Shown: positions 51,745 through 61,031 of the stretch, piece after piece
Layout: every line of letters starts with the position of its first letter
Numbering within the stretch: the stretch's first letter is position 1
Assembly (NCBI GenBank): GCA_963745075.1
Contig: CAVUWV010000015.1
Location: 32,001-96,000 of the forward strand
Length of the DNA stretch: 64,000 bases
Reading direction: 5' to 3'
From: Candidatus Hydrogenedentota bacterium
GTDB lineage: Bacteria; Hydrogenedentota; Hydrogenedentia; Hydrogenedentales; SLHB01
Program-made: the position numbers and the translations under genes
Notes under the pieces: generated by a model
The model's database searches: none
Told to the model about the DNA's origin: nothing
Seen by the model: only the letters and a program-made list of their open reading frames with translations

Positions 51745-53628
51745 TCAAAGCGGGATGTTGTATTCCGAAATCTTGTTGTAGAGCGTGCTGCGCCCGATAT
51801 CCAGGATCTTTGCGGCGTCGCGGATGTTGCCGCCGCAATGCTGTAAGACACTCATGATGTGGCTTTTTTCCACTTCCTGGAGACTGATCATCGACTGGTT
51901 CGCCTCCTCTCCTCCCATGGTGGAGCAAGCTTCCAAGGAATCTACATCGATGTACTCGGTGCGGGCCAGTGCAACCGCGCGCTCCACGAAATTTCGAAGT
52001 TGCCGAACATTCCCCGGCCACCGACGCGCGCGTAAGAAGCCGAATGCGTCGTCGGTGAACCCAACGATTGGCCGCTTCGCATGGTCCAGGCTGTGCTTCA
52101 AGAAAAACTCGGCGAGGATCGGAATATCTGAAGGTCGATCCCGTAACGGCGGCATTAGTACCTCCAGCCCGTTGAGCCGGTGATACAGGTCGGCCCGGAA
52201 CGTGTTCTGCTTGACTAAGTCCGAAAGCCGCTTGTTGCTTGCGGCAACAACACGAAGATTCACGTGTGTTTCGCGATTGCTGCCTAGACGCGTAAAGGTG
52301 CCGGACTCGATCACCCGGAGGAGCTTCGCCTGGTCTTCGGACGTAAGATCGCCAATCTCGTCCAAGAACAACGTTCCCCCATCGGCTTCCTCCACACGGC
52401 CGATCCGCCGTTCCGTGGCGCCGGTAAACGCGCCTTTCTCATATCCGAACAGTTCGCTTTCCAGCAACTGTGAAGGGATTGCAGCGCAATTCACCGTAAC
52501 GAGCGGCCCATTGGCCCGGTCGGACATCTCGTGAATCATGATCGCGGCCAGCTCTTTCCCGGTGCCCGTTTCCCCCTGGATCAGAATCGACAGTTCCGAC
52601 GGCGCGGCATTGCGAATCAGATTCCGCACTTGGCGGATGGCACGGCTGTTGCCGACCAAGGTCTTCGCCGAGCGCGTCATGGCGCGCAACCGCTGCAAGT
52701 CCTGCCGCAATAATTCCACGTGTTCCATGGCACGGAAGTACGGCGCCACGGTGTTCGCCACCGAGAGCAGGCGGCGAAGTTCGTGTTCGCCGTACTCCTG
52801 CTCGTTCGCTTCGCTCCGTACCAGCAGGGCCCCGATTCGCTGTTCCCCGAGACCCATCGGTGCGACCAGCAGCGTGCCCAATCGTTTTTCGTCAAATTCC
52901 TTGTTGAAAATCGGAACCACCAGGCCACCCGGCCGACTCAATGCCTTTTGCGTCTTGCGCTCGATATCAGTGGGAGGCTGGACGGTTTCCCCCGCCAGGC
53001 AACTCGGGCGCGTGTAAAACTGCAATTCCGGGTTGCCCGGTCGCATGCGAACGATCCATGCACCCGTGGGACGGAACAGTTCCCGTAATTCACTGAAAAC
53101 CGTCGTCATCAGTTCCTGTACGGTCAGCACGCGGCTGCACTTTCGGCCGATGTCGTACAGCGCCGCCAGGTCTTGCACCGAATTGGGGTACGCCATCGCC
53201 ATGAGTTCGGCGGTCTTTTCGCCAGGCACCGCCGACTGATCCTCCGCCAGCCGGATGGTCGTCAGATCGTCGGGTGACGTGGCGTGCCCGGCCAGTTCCG
53301 GGCGCTCGGCCGTGCTCGACACCAACAGCACCGTCCGGCCCACCGCGAGTTCATCCCCTTCCCGGAGGGCGCACTCCGTCACGGAGCGTCCGTTCACAAG
53401 CGTGGCATTGCTGCTGCCGAGGTCGCGTACAACGAGACCGCCATCGCCCGGCACGATTTCGCAGTGCCGCCGCGACACGAGGGAATCTTCAATCGCGATC
53501 TGGCACTCGCTGCCGCGGCCGACCAAGACCGGGTCCTCTCCCACCGCCCAAGTTCGCCCCTTCAGCGATCCCGTTTGCGCGTTGAGATAGAACAACGCTT
53601 CCTTTCCTCTCGATACAGATTCGTTCAC
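51745..53628 (-). CDS. Sigma-54-dependent enhancer-binding protein with FHA and GAF-like domains
   Basis: FHA motifs VGR, SRRH, DLGSSN; AAA+ motifs GETGTGKE, ELFGYEKGAFTGA, LFLDEIG, WPGNVRQL; Fis-type HTH. Confidence 0.92.
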   Translation of the reverse strand: MNESVSRGKEALFYLNAQTGSLKGRTWAVGEDPVLVGRGSECQIAIEDSLVSRRHCEIVPGDGGLVVRDLGSSNATLVNGRSVTECALREGDELAVGRTVLLVSSTAERPELAGHATSPDDLTTIRLAEDQSAVPGEKTAELMAMAYPNSVQDLAALYDIGRKCSRVLTVQELMTTVFSELRELFRPTGAWIVRMRPGNPELQFYTRPSCLAGETVQPPTDIERKTQKALSRPGGLVVPIFNKEFDEKRLGTLLVAPMGLGEQRIGALLVRSEANEQEYGEHELRRLLSVANTVAPYFRAMEHVELLRQDLQRLRAMTRSAKTLVGNSRAIRQVRNLIRNAAPSELSILIQGETGTGKELAAIMIHEMSDRANGPLVTVNCAAIPSQLLESELFGYEKGAFTGATERRIGRVEEADGGTLFLDEIGDLTSEDQAKLLRVIESGTFTRLGSNRETHVNLRVVAASNKRLSDLVKQNTFRADLYHRLNGLEVLMPPLRDRPSDIPILAEFFLKHSLDHAKRPIVGFTDDAFGFLRARRWPGNVRQLRNFVERAVALARTEYIDVDSLEACSTMGGEEANQSMISLQEVEKSHIMSVLQHCGGNIRDAAKILDIGRSTLYNKISEYNIPL

Positions 53629-53814
53629 GCTTTGACCCCGAGTGCTAGCACAAAATTAACTTCATCGTACCGAATTTGAAGTCCCCGGATCACACCACGC
53701 GCGTCTACGGTCCGCGTTGATTTGGCACCGGCCCGTTTCCGGATTCCACGGTTTCCATGATACGATAGCCCCTCACGCTAGACGTATGGGGGATATCGGG
53801 GAGGATTTTGAACC

Positions 53815-54897
53815 ATGTCGCATTCGAACGCAGCTTTTGGGCCGCCCTCACGCCGTCAATTCATGCAGGTATCCGCGGCCGTCGGCGTCGCGGCGGTCGG
53901 TTCTCTGGGTTCGCAGCCGGCCGGCGCTGCCGAGCAATCCGGCGCTGCCGAAGGAACCGGTGCCCAGCGGCTCTCTCTGGACCAACTCAAGCAGTGGGAA
54001 TCTTGGCGGTATGGCATGTTCATCCACTTCGGCATGAGCACCTACGTGCAAAACGAACTGCCCGATGGCAAAGCCCCCGCCACGACCTACGCCCCCACCG
54101 CCTTGGACGTCGATCAATGGGTTTCCGTTGCGCGCGACGCGGGCATGAAATACGCCGTGCTCACCACGAAACACGTCGCGGGCCACTGCCTCTGGCCGAC
54201 GAAGCTTACAGACTACTCCGTCGTCAATAGCGGCGATACGACCGACGTTGTCGGGAGATTTGTCGAATCCTGCCAGAAGCGCGGCGTCCAGCCGGGATTC
54301 TATTACTGTTCGTGGGACAACCACAACCGGTTCGGCAGCCAGACGCCTTCCGACGGAAAGCAGGAACTCCCGGCGTATACCACGTCGCTGTACCAGACGT
54401 TCCAGACCGCACAGATTACCGAGTTGCTTACCGATTACGGACCCATCGCGGAAATGTGGATCGATATCCCCGGCGTGCTCGGCCGCGGCTACCGGACCTA
54501 CCTCTACAACTACGTGGCCTCGTTGCAGCCCGACACAGTCATCATGATGAACAGCGGCATTTCCACGGGCGAGAAGTACAACGTCGACTACGCCTGGCCC
54601 TCCGACCTCATCGCCATCGAGCGCCGCCTGCCGCCGGATCAAGGCCACAATCCCTGGCGCGATATCGAAGGGAAGCGCTATTACATGCCCGGCGAAGTCT
54701 GCGATCCCATCGGCAAGGACTGGTTCTACGTCGAAGGTGACACGCCCCGGCCGGACGCGGATCTGCTCGAACAACTTCAATCTTGCCAGGCACGCAATGT
54801 AAATCTGTTGCTCGACGTGCCGCCCGACAAGTCCGGCAAAATCCCGGACATGCACGTCCAAGCCCTGAACCGGCTCGCCAAAAACGCGGGACTGTAA
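53815..54897 (+). CDS. Tat-exported alpha-L-fucosidase (GH29)
   Basis: SRRQFM Tat motif; YGMFIHFG, AGMKYAVLTTKH, EMWID, NLLLDVPP. Confidence 0.88.
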   Translation: MSHSNAAFGPPSRRQFMQVSAAVGVAAVGSLGSQPAGAAEQSGAAEGTGAQRLSLDQLKQWESWRYGMFIHFGMSTYVQNELPDGKAPATTYAPTALDVDQWVSVARDAGMKYAVLTTKHVAGHCLWPTKLTDYSVVNSGDTTDVVGRFVESCQKRGVQPGFYYCSWDNHNRFGSQTPSDGKQELPAYTTSLYQTFQTAQITELLTDYGPIAEMWIDIPGVLGRGYRTYLYNYVASLQPDTVIMMNSGISTGEKYNVDYAWPSDLIAIERRLPPDQGHNPWRDIEGKRYYMPGEVCDPIGKDWFYVEGDTPRPDADLLEQLQSCQARNVNLLLDVPPDKSGKIPDMHVQALNRLAKNAGL

Positions 54898-55107
54898 GAA
54901 AAGCCGACGTACGAAGTGCGAGGGCTTGTCTTTGCTTTAGTGAAACAGGCTTGCTTGTCGCGTAATGAAGGCATAGTTGACGGAGTGATGGACCTCCGGG
55001 TCGCCGCCGAAGTACAGCGCCGCGCAGGGGGGGCAGAAGAATGCGCAAACGCCCCGGCGGACGCTGCCGCACTCAATTCGAGAAACCGCCTCCGCAAAGC
55101 GTGCGCT

Positions 55108-56913
55108 CTACTCGGCCAACTCCAGCTTGGCCATCGGCGACCCGGGAATCGCATCGCCCACACCAGGCGTCAACTCCGCCCAGTGCCGGGGCCGCTCGGG
55201 ATGAGACGGGTCCAGGTCGTTTGCCACGATGGAAAAGGTGAACGACGAACCCGGCTTCAATTCCACCGGCGTGAGTTCCGACTTCGGAAACACCGCTTCA
55301 TACACCGTATCCAACCCGTTGCGCGTGATTCCGAGATTGACGGTCGTATTCACGGTTTCCCATTCCCGGTCTACGCCTTTATACAGGAAGACCTCCGGCC
55401 CCGATTTGGTCAGCGTCAAGCCCCACTCCCACTTGCCCGTCATGAACAATTGGATGCCGTCCGCCGACCACACGACGTCCCCGGCATAGGGCTGATAGAA
55501 CTCGTCGTCATGGGTTTCCACGGCCAGATACAAATTGTCCTGGTCCCACATCAATCGGCAGCGCGCACTCAGGTCGTCGGTATCGGCGATGTCGAATTCC
55601 CAGGGATAGATCAAGGGAATCGGCACGCTGTTTGCCCATTCCGAGAGGTCGCCGTCCGCCGTCACGGGTCTGGTAGCCTTCGGAACCGTGTACTCGGGTA
55701 CGAGGTCGAGCCGCCGTTCTACGCCGATCGGTCCGCCGTGCTGGCTGGCCTTAAACGTCGTCTGCAACGTGGGTACAGGAAACCGGACCGCTTCGGGACT
55801 GTCGGCCCGGATGTGGAAATCGAGATACGTAATGTCGTTGGACTTCGCGTGGTACGTCATTTTGGTTGGTTCAACATGCCATCCGGCGGGGACGTCCCAC
55901 GTCATCTCCGAGTCAAAGGCTTTGTCGTAAGGATTCTGCACGAATGCCGTCACATTCCGGTCAAAGCCCTGGCCTTGTGCCACATCGATCGTCTCGGTTC
56001 CCACCCAGTTCCGGCGTACGTTGTGCATCTCGTCGATGCGCGCCTGGGTCACCACATCCGGCGGTAATACCGACCCGGGCTTGATGACCGACCACGTCAC
56101 ATCGTCGCCGCGGACTCGCACGAGGCAAAAATGGTGGAACCCGCCTTCGTCCAATGGAGCCCGGATTTCAGCGCCGCCGCCCGCGGAGATTACGTAATCG
56201 ACCCCGTCGCGACGGCCCATGTAGCGGTAAAGGTGATTGTCGCCCCCAAACACGATTCTCACGGGGTGCCCCTTGATGATCTCCGCCACGTTATCCCAAC
56301 TCGGCGACCAATTGGGATCGTTCCAACCCGCGACGAAATACGGTTTGTGCAGAAACAGGAAGATGTTTCTTGCGTGGGTCGACTCCAGATCGTCTTTCAA
56401 CCAGGCGATCTGATCGTCCGATAGCCGTTGTCCCGCGCCCACTTCTTCGCTGTTCAGCGCAATAAACCGCGAATTGCCGTAGGAAAAGGCGTAGCACGTC
56501 GGACCCACCCGCTCCAGCCAGATCTGTTCCGTCGCGGCGTCGCTGATGTCGTGGTTCCCCGTGACGGGGAACAGCGGAACCTCGAGGTCCGCCGCCACCC
56601 GGGAATACTCGTCCCACTGTGCCGGGAGCAAATCGGCCGCCCCGCCGAGGATCAAATCGCCCACGTCCACTAGGAACGCAGGTCGGAGGGCGTTGACATC
56701 TTTAATGATCTGCTTCCAAGTCTCGGACTGTTCCGTCACGGAAAGGGACCGCGTGTCGGCCACCACGACGAAGTCGAAGGACTCCGGACTAATCGGAGGG
56801 CTGGCACGCAGTTGATTGAGCGCCTTTTCGGCCAAGCTTTCCGCCGATGCGGTATGCGGCGTGACGACGCCAGTCAGGGTAAGCAGTACAGCCGTCAGGA
56901 TGAACCGGTACAT
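55108..56913 (-). CDS. Secreted calcineurin-like metallophosphoesterase fused to a CBM9/DOMON-like domain
   Basis: VADTR, VGDL, GNHD, LHKP, GDNH; C-terminal ADGDLSEW, WDQDNLYLAV, DGIQL, YEAVFP. Confidence 0.78.
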   Translation of the reverse strand: MYRFILTAVLLTLTGVVTPHTASAESLAEKALNQLRASPPISPESFDFVVVADTRSLSVTEQSETWKQIIKDVNALRPAFLVDVGDLILGGAADLLPAQWDEYSRVAADLEVPLFPVTGNHDISDAATEQIWLERVGPTCYAFSYGNSRFIALNSEEVGAGQRLSDDQIAWLKDDLESTHARNIFLFLHKPYFVAGWNDPNWSPSWDNVAEIIKGHPVRIVFGGDNHLYRYMGRRDGVDYVISAGGGAEIRAPLDEGGFHHFCLVRVRGDDVTWSVIKPGSVLPPDVVTQARIDEMHNVRRNWVGTETIDVAQGQGFDRNVTAFVQNPYDKAFDSEMTWDVPAGWHVEPTKMTYHAKSNDITYLDFHIRADSPEAVRFPVPTLQTTFKASQHGGPIGVERRLDLVPEYTVPKATRPVTADGDLSEWANSVPIPLIYPWEFDIADTDDLSARCRLMWDQDNLYLAVETHDDEFYQPYAGDVVWSADGIQLFMTGKWEWGLTLTKSGPEVFLYKGVDREWETVNTTVNLGITRNGLDTVYEAVFPKSELTPVELKPGSSFTFSIVANDLDPSHPERPRHWAELTPGVGDAIPGSPMAKLELAE

Positions 56914-57031
56914 GATACACTTCCTTCCAAATGTGGACGCGTTCGGTTTCGTGTCGCACCAACGAAATCCGGAACATCCAGTATAGCGAACGAAACACTG
57001 GCATGCATGATCGGCATGGAGAAGGGTTCTG

Positions 57032-57238
57032 GTGGACGGGGCCGAGCACAAGAAGGAACGACTGGGCTCTGCCGTGGGGCTGTGTCGTGCTTGCATTCAC
57101 GCTCGTTCCATCCAGCACCCGCGTGGGGGCGACGCGTACTGGCGTTGCGGCCTGTCGGATTCCGACAAACGCTTTCCCAAATACCCGCGATTGCCCGTGC
57201 TCGAGTGCCCGGGATATACGCCGCGCGACGATTTGTAA
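57032..57238 (+). CDS. Small four-Cys protein (possible zinc-binding)
   Basis: GLCRACIHAR...YWRC...FPKYPRLPVLECPGY; 68 aa, intergenic, resembles a small conserved hypothetical family. Confidence 0.6.
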   Translation: MDGAEHKKERLGSAVGLCRACIHARSIQHPRGGDAYWRCGLSDSDKRFPKYPRLPVLECPGYTPRDDL

Positions 57239-57343
57239 ATGTTGCACGTGGAACCTTCTGCACGCCCCATGTGCTATCCTTTGCCGGGATGACGGTTTGC
57301 CGCGTTGCACTGCGCGATTGTTTTGGACGATAGCTGGAGCGAT

Positions 57344-57513
57344 GAAGAACATCCCCCTTGATCCCCCTTCAAAGGGGGAATTGCTCGCAACGCTTCGCGT
57401 TGCGTTAGAGGTGAACGAAGATTTCGTATCAAGTCGACTGATAGCATCTATCACCATAAGTCGAGTGCACGCACGCTTCCCCCTTTGAAGGGGGATCAAG
57501 GGGGATGTTTCTT
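57344..57513. repeat. REPIN/MITE-like element, copy 2 (94-nt interior; arms swapped relative to copy 1)
   Basis: gaagaacatcccccttgatcccccttcaaagggggaatt ... ttccccctttgaagggggatcaagggggatgtttctt. Confidence 0.85.
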
Positions 57514-57582
57514 GGGTCTTCTGTGTTCGTGGTCCTATAGCTGCGACACTTCTTGTCGTGTTCATGAAGAGGGGGGAGTCTC

Positions 57583-59574
57583 ATGATTCTTGTTGCACTG
57601 ATGGTATTGACGGCGGCGGGCGAGACCCCCGCGCAACCGGCGGCGACCTGGCCGGAGCATGCGTTCTTCGGATTGCATTACGATCTGCACGCGAACGCTT
57701 CGGACACGGAACTCGGCCGTGAGACTACGTACGAACACATCCGAGAGCAGCTCGAGAAAGTGCACCCGGACTTTGTGCAGTACGACTGCAAAGGGCACCC
57801 GGGTTACGCCGGATATCCAACCGAAATCGGTTCGCCCTCGCCGGGTATCGTCAACGACGCGCTCAGAGTCTGGCGCGACGTGACGCACGACATGGGCATA
57901 CCCCTGTCGATCCACTTTTCCGGCGTGTGGGATACCCGCGCCATCGAGTTGCACCCCGACTGGGCACGCATCGGTCCCGACGGGAAGCCCAGCCCAAACA
58001 ATACCGACCCGCTCAGCGACTACACGGAATCACTCATGATTCCTCAACTCATCGAAGTGGTCACCAAATACGACCTCGACGGGGTCTGGATCGACGGCGA
58101 AAACTGGGCCAGCCAGCCTTCTTGGAGCGAGCGATGTATCGCGGAGTTCACGCACCGGACGGGGATCGAGGAGATCCCGCGTAGCGCGAAGATCCTCACT
58201 GGTTCGAGTGGCTCGCTTTTCAGCGCGATCTCTTCATTGAACACGTCACGAAGTATGCGGACGCCCTGCACGCTGCCAAACCGGACGTGGCCGTCTGCAG
58301 CAACTGGATGTACAGCGTGCGTCAGCCCGAGCCCATCGTTGCGCCGGTCGACTACCTTAGCGGCGATTTCAATCCCTCCTTCGGGGCGGAACGGGCCTGC
58401 GCCGAGGCCCGCTTTCTGGCCAGCCGCGGAATGCCGTGGAACCTGATGGCGTGGTCCTTTCTGCGGACCGGCGATGAATTCTGGACGTTCAAGACCGTTC
58501 CGCACCTGTGCCAGGAAATCGCCGTCTCGCTCGCCCAGGGCGGAGCCGTATTCATCTACGACCAACCGCAGCGGTCGGGACGTCTGACAAGCTGGCACCA
58601 GGATATCCTTGCGGACGTGGCCCGGTTCTGCCGGAAACGCGAGGAATACTCGTTTCAGACCGAGACCATTCCCCAAGTTGCGCTGCTGCACAGTGAATCC
58701 GTCTACTACCGGCACAACGATCCCCTGTTCAACTTCGGTTCCGCCAACGAACCCATGGAAGGAGCCCTACACGCCCTGCTGGAGAACGGTTACTCCGTCG
58801 ACATCCTCAACGAAGAAATGCTGCTGAAGCGGATGGACCAGTATCGAGCCGTCGTGGTCGCGGAGCAGGAGGGACTGCCCGACACGATAAAGGCGGCGCT
58901 CGCGGAATACGTTCGGAAGGGCGGCAGGCTTCTGATCTCCGGTTCGAGTGCCGCCAAGGATTTCACGGACTTAACTGGTTGTACGCCGGTCGAAGGAAAG
59001 CAACAGGGGAACTCCTACGTTCCTGCCGGGAACGGCTGTGTCAGCGTTTCCGGCCCGTGGCAAACGTAACATTGAACGGCGCAGAGGAACTCGCGCCGCT
59101 CTTGAATCAACAGGAACCCGAACTCAATCAGGCCGGAACACCCGCCGCAACGCGCAATCGCGTCGGTGACGGCGTCGTCGTGGCGATTCACGGCCCGTGT
59201 TTCGCGCGTACCACACGGCGCACTACCCGATGCTACGTCAATTCATCGGCGACTGCTTCGCGAACCTCGACGCGGAGGGGTTAGCACATGTTGACAGTCC
59301 CTGGTGGATCGAAATGTCCGCCCGCAAGAAAGGGGACCAGCGGCTCTACCAATTTGTCAATCGTTCCGATGGCGGATACACCGCGCCCAACCGCCACATG
59401 GTCGAGCACGTGCCCGACGCGGGACCTTTCACCGTCACCATCCCGTTGGACGCGAAACCTACGCGCTGCTATCTGGCCCCCGACGAAGAAGGGCTGGAGT
59501 GGGCCTACAACGACGGTCTACTCACGGCGAATATCGCCGGTGTCAACATCCACAACGTACTCGTTGTCGAGTAG
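57583..59574 (+). CDS. Secreted glycoside hydrolase (GH151/GHL6-like fucosidase-type TIM barrel + trimerisation domain); three apparent frameshifts
   Basis: FFGLHYDLH, QYDCKGHPG, DGVWIDGE, YVRKGGRLLISG across ORFs 57583, 58287, 58979 and 59197. Confidence 0.7.
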
Positions 59575-59594
59575 ACGCGGCTTCCAGCCGCGTC
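59571..59594. repeat. GTAG-led REP-like hairpin overlapping a stop codon
   Basis: gtagacgcggct-tcc-agccgcgtc. Confidence 0.5.
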
Positions 59595-59777
59595 AATTCT
59601 TCAAGGCTTACTCCCAATCGCGCCAAGAGGGGAAAGAGCCGAAGCTGCTGGAAGCTGCTTCTGCTCTCCCCTCGCCTTCATGTGCGGACAGGGTCTTTCT
59701 GTCTAAACACTGCATTCTTAAGGTATTTATTCATAGTACCTTACAACTCGAACGACGAAGAGTCCGTGATTCTTTTG

Positions 59778-59807
59778 TTGCATTGCAGACAAGTTTGTGA
59801 TACAAAC
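59778..59807 (+). promoter_or_regulatory. Putative promoter with overlapping palindromic operator
   Basis: TTGCAT-17 nt-TACAAA; palindrome GTTTGT-GAT-ACAAAC at 59793-59807 covers the -10 box. Confidence 0.45.
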
Positions 59808-59845
59808 AACACAGATAAGGTTTGGTGGGAACGAGGAGACCGACG

Positions 59846-60598
59846 ATGGTACCGACAAAACAGAAACCACTTGGCCCCGCCGATTTTGACAATCTCCGGG
59901 ACACCGTTCATTGGAGCCGTACCTACGCCCAGAACCGGAGTCTGCCGGTCTTGCTCTACCTGCTCGCATACGGCGGCATATTCCTCTTGTTGTCCGGATT
60001 GGCTGCAGGAGGTGGCATGGCCACCAAGGCGGGATACCCTGTGCTTGGCATCCTTGCGTTGATCGGCTTCTTCGTGGTGTACGGTCTTCTGATGTATTTC
60101 GTAATCTCGAAACGGGGCCGAGGCTGGGTGGAGCAACAGTTGCAGCGGCCCTATGCCAAGGAAGGCACGGTGCGTATCAAGTCGGATCGCCGCGCACAGC
60201 ATCCCTATCTGGGCTACGTCGTTGGCCCGCTCTTTGGGATTTGCATCGTCGGCGAGGTCCTCCTGGGATTGTGTGGCTATCTGCCAATCCGGCTCATGCA
60301 GCCGGTCTCCGCACTATATTGCGTCCCGTTCTTGGTGTTTTTGTGGTGGTGGCAGCGCCCCGCATCAACCTGGGTCATGTTGTTGTGGCCTGCGCTGTAC
60401 GGGGCACACGCGGTGGTCCTAATCAGCGGGTTGCCGATTCCGACAGATGGTTCGTGGGCAATGTTTCACTCGATGGTACCAATGGTGGCTTACGGAGGTA
60501 TCGCCGCATTCCTTTCCCATCTATACAGCCGCTACGCGTTGCGCCGGCTCCGACGTTTGTCTCCGCCGGAAACGGATGCTGAAGACGTCGGGGGGTAG
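59846..60598 (+). CDS. Hypothetical multi-pass membrane protein
   Basis: GAGGAG RBS; about 6 TM helices; 2 bp upstream of the regulator gene. Confidence 0.7.
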   Translation: MVPTKQKPLGPADFDNLRDTVHWSRTYAQNRSLPVLLYLLAYGGIFLLLSGLAAGGGMATKAGYPVLGILALIGFFVVYGLLMYFVISKRGRGWVEQQLQRPYAKEGTVRIKSDRRAQHPYLGYVVGPLFGICIVGEVLLGLCGYLPIRLMQPVSALYCVPFLVFLWWWQRPASTWVMLLWPALYGAHAVVLISGLPIPTDGSWAMFHSMVPMVAYGGIAAFLSHLYSRYALRRLRRLSPPETDAEDVGG

Positions 60599-60600
60599 TC

Positions 60601-60930
60601 ATGAAGCCGGTAGACAAGACCTTACACGAACCGGCCCGGCTGCGGATCGCCATGGTTCTGTCGGGCGTGGACGTGGTGGATTTCAACTTCCTCTTGACGG
60701 CGTTGGGGTTGACGCGGGGGAATCTCTCGTCTCACATGGATCGCCTCGAAAAGGCGGGTTATGTTGCAATCGAGAAAGGGTACAATGGAAAAATTCCACG
60801 GACAGAGTACCGGTTGACGGATGCGGGCCGGAAAGCCTTGGACGGCTATTGGACAGCGATTGACCGGATTCGCGCGATTCCGGAGAACCCGAATCCCGAT
60901 TGGATCGGTGACGGTGCAACGGATGACTGA
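60601..60930 (+). CDS. Winged-helix transcriptional regulator (HTH_34, ArsR/MarR-like)
   Basis: LHEPARLRI, F..L...LGLTRGNLSSH, LEKAGYV, PRTEYRLT..GR. Confidence 0.88.
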   Translation: MKPVDKTLHEPARLRIAMVLSGVDVVDFNFLLTALGLTRGNLSSHMDRLEKAGYVAIEKGYNGKIPRTEYRLTDAGRKALDGYWTAIDRIRAIPENPNPDWIGDGATDD

Positions 60931-61031
60931 CTCGAATTGATCGGCCGCGTCCGGCACCAGGTGGCGGTCGCGGATGTACAACCGATTTTAGGGAGGCTCA
61001 GGTCAAATACAGGCAGCATGGGGGAACGATC

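Noticed and set aside
53720..53740. TGGCAC upstream of the GH29 gene as a sigma-54 promoter
   Set aside because: There is no GC at the required -12 position.
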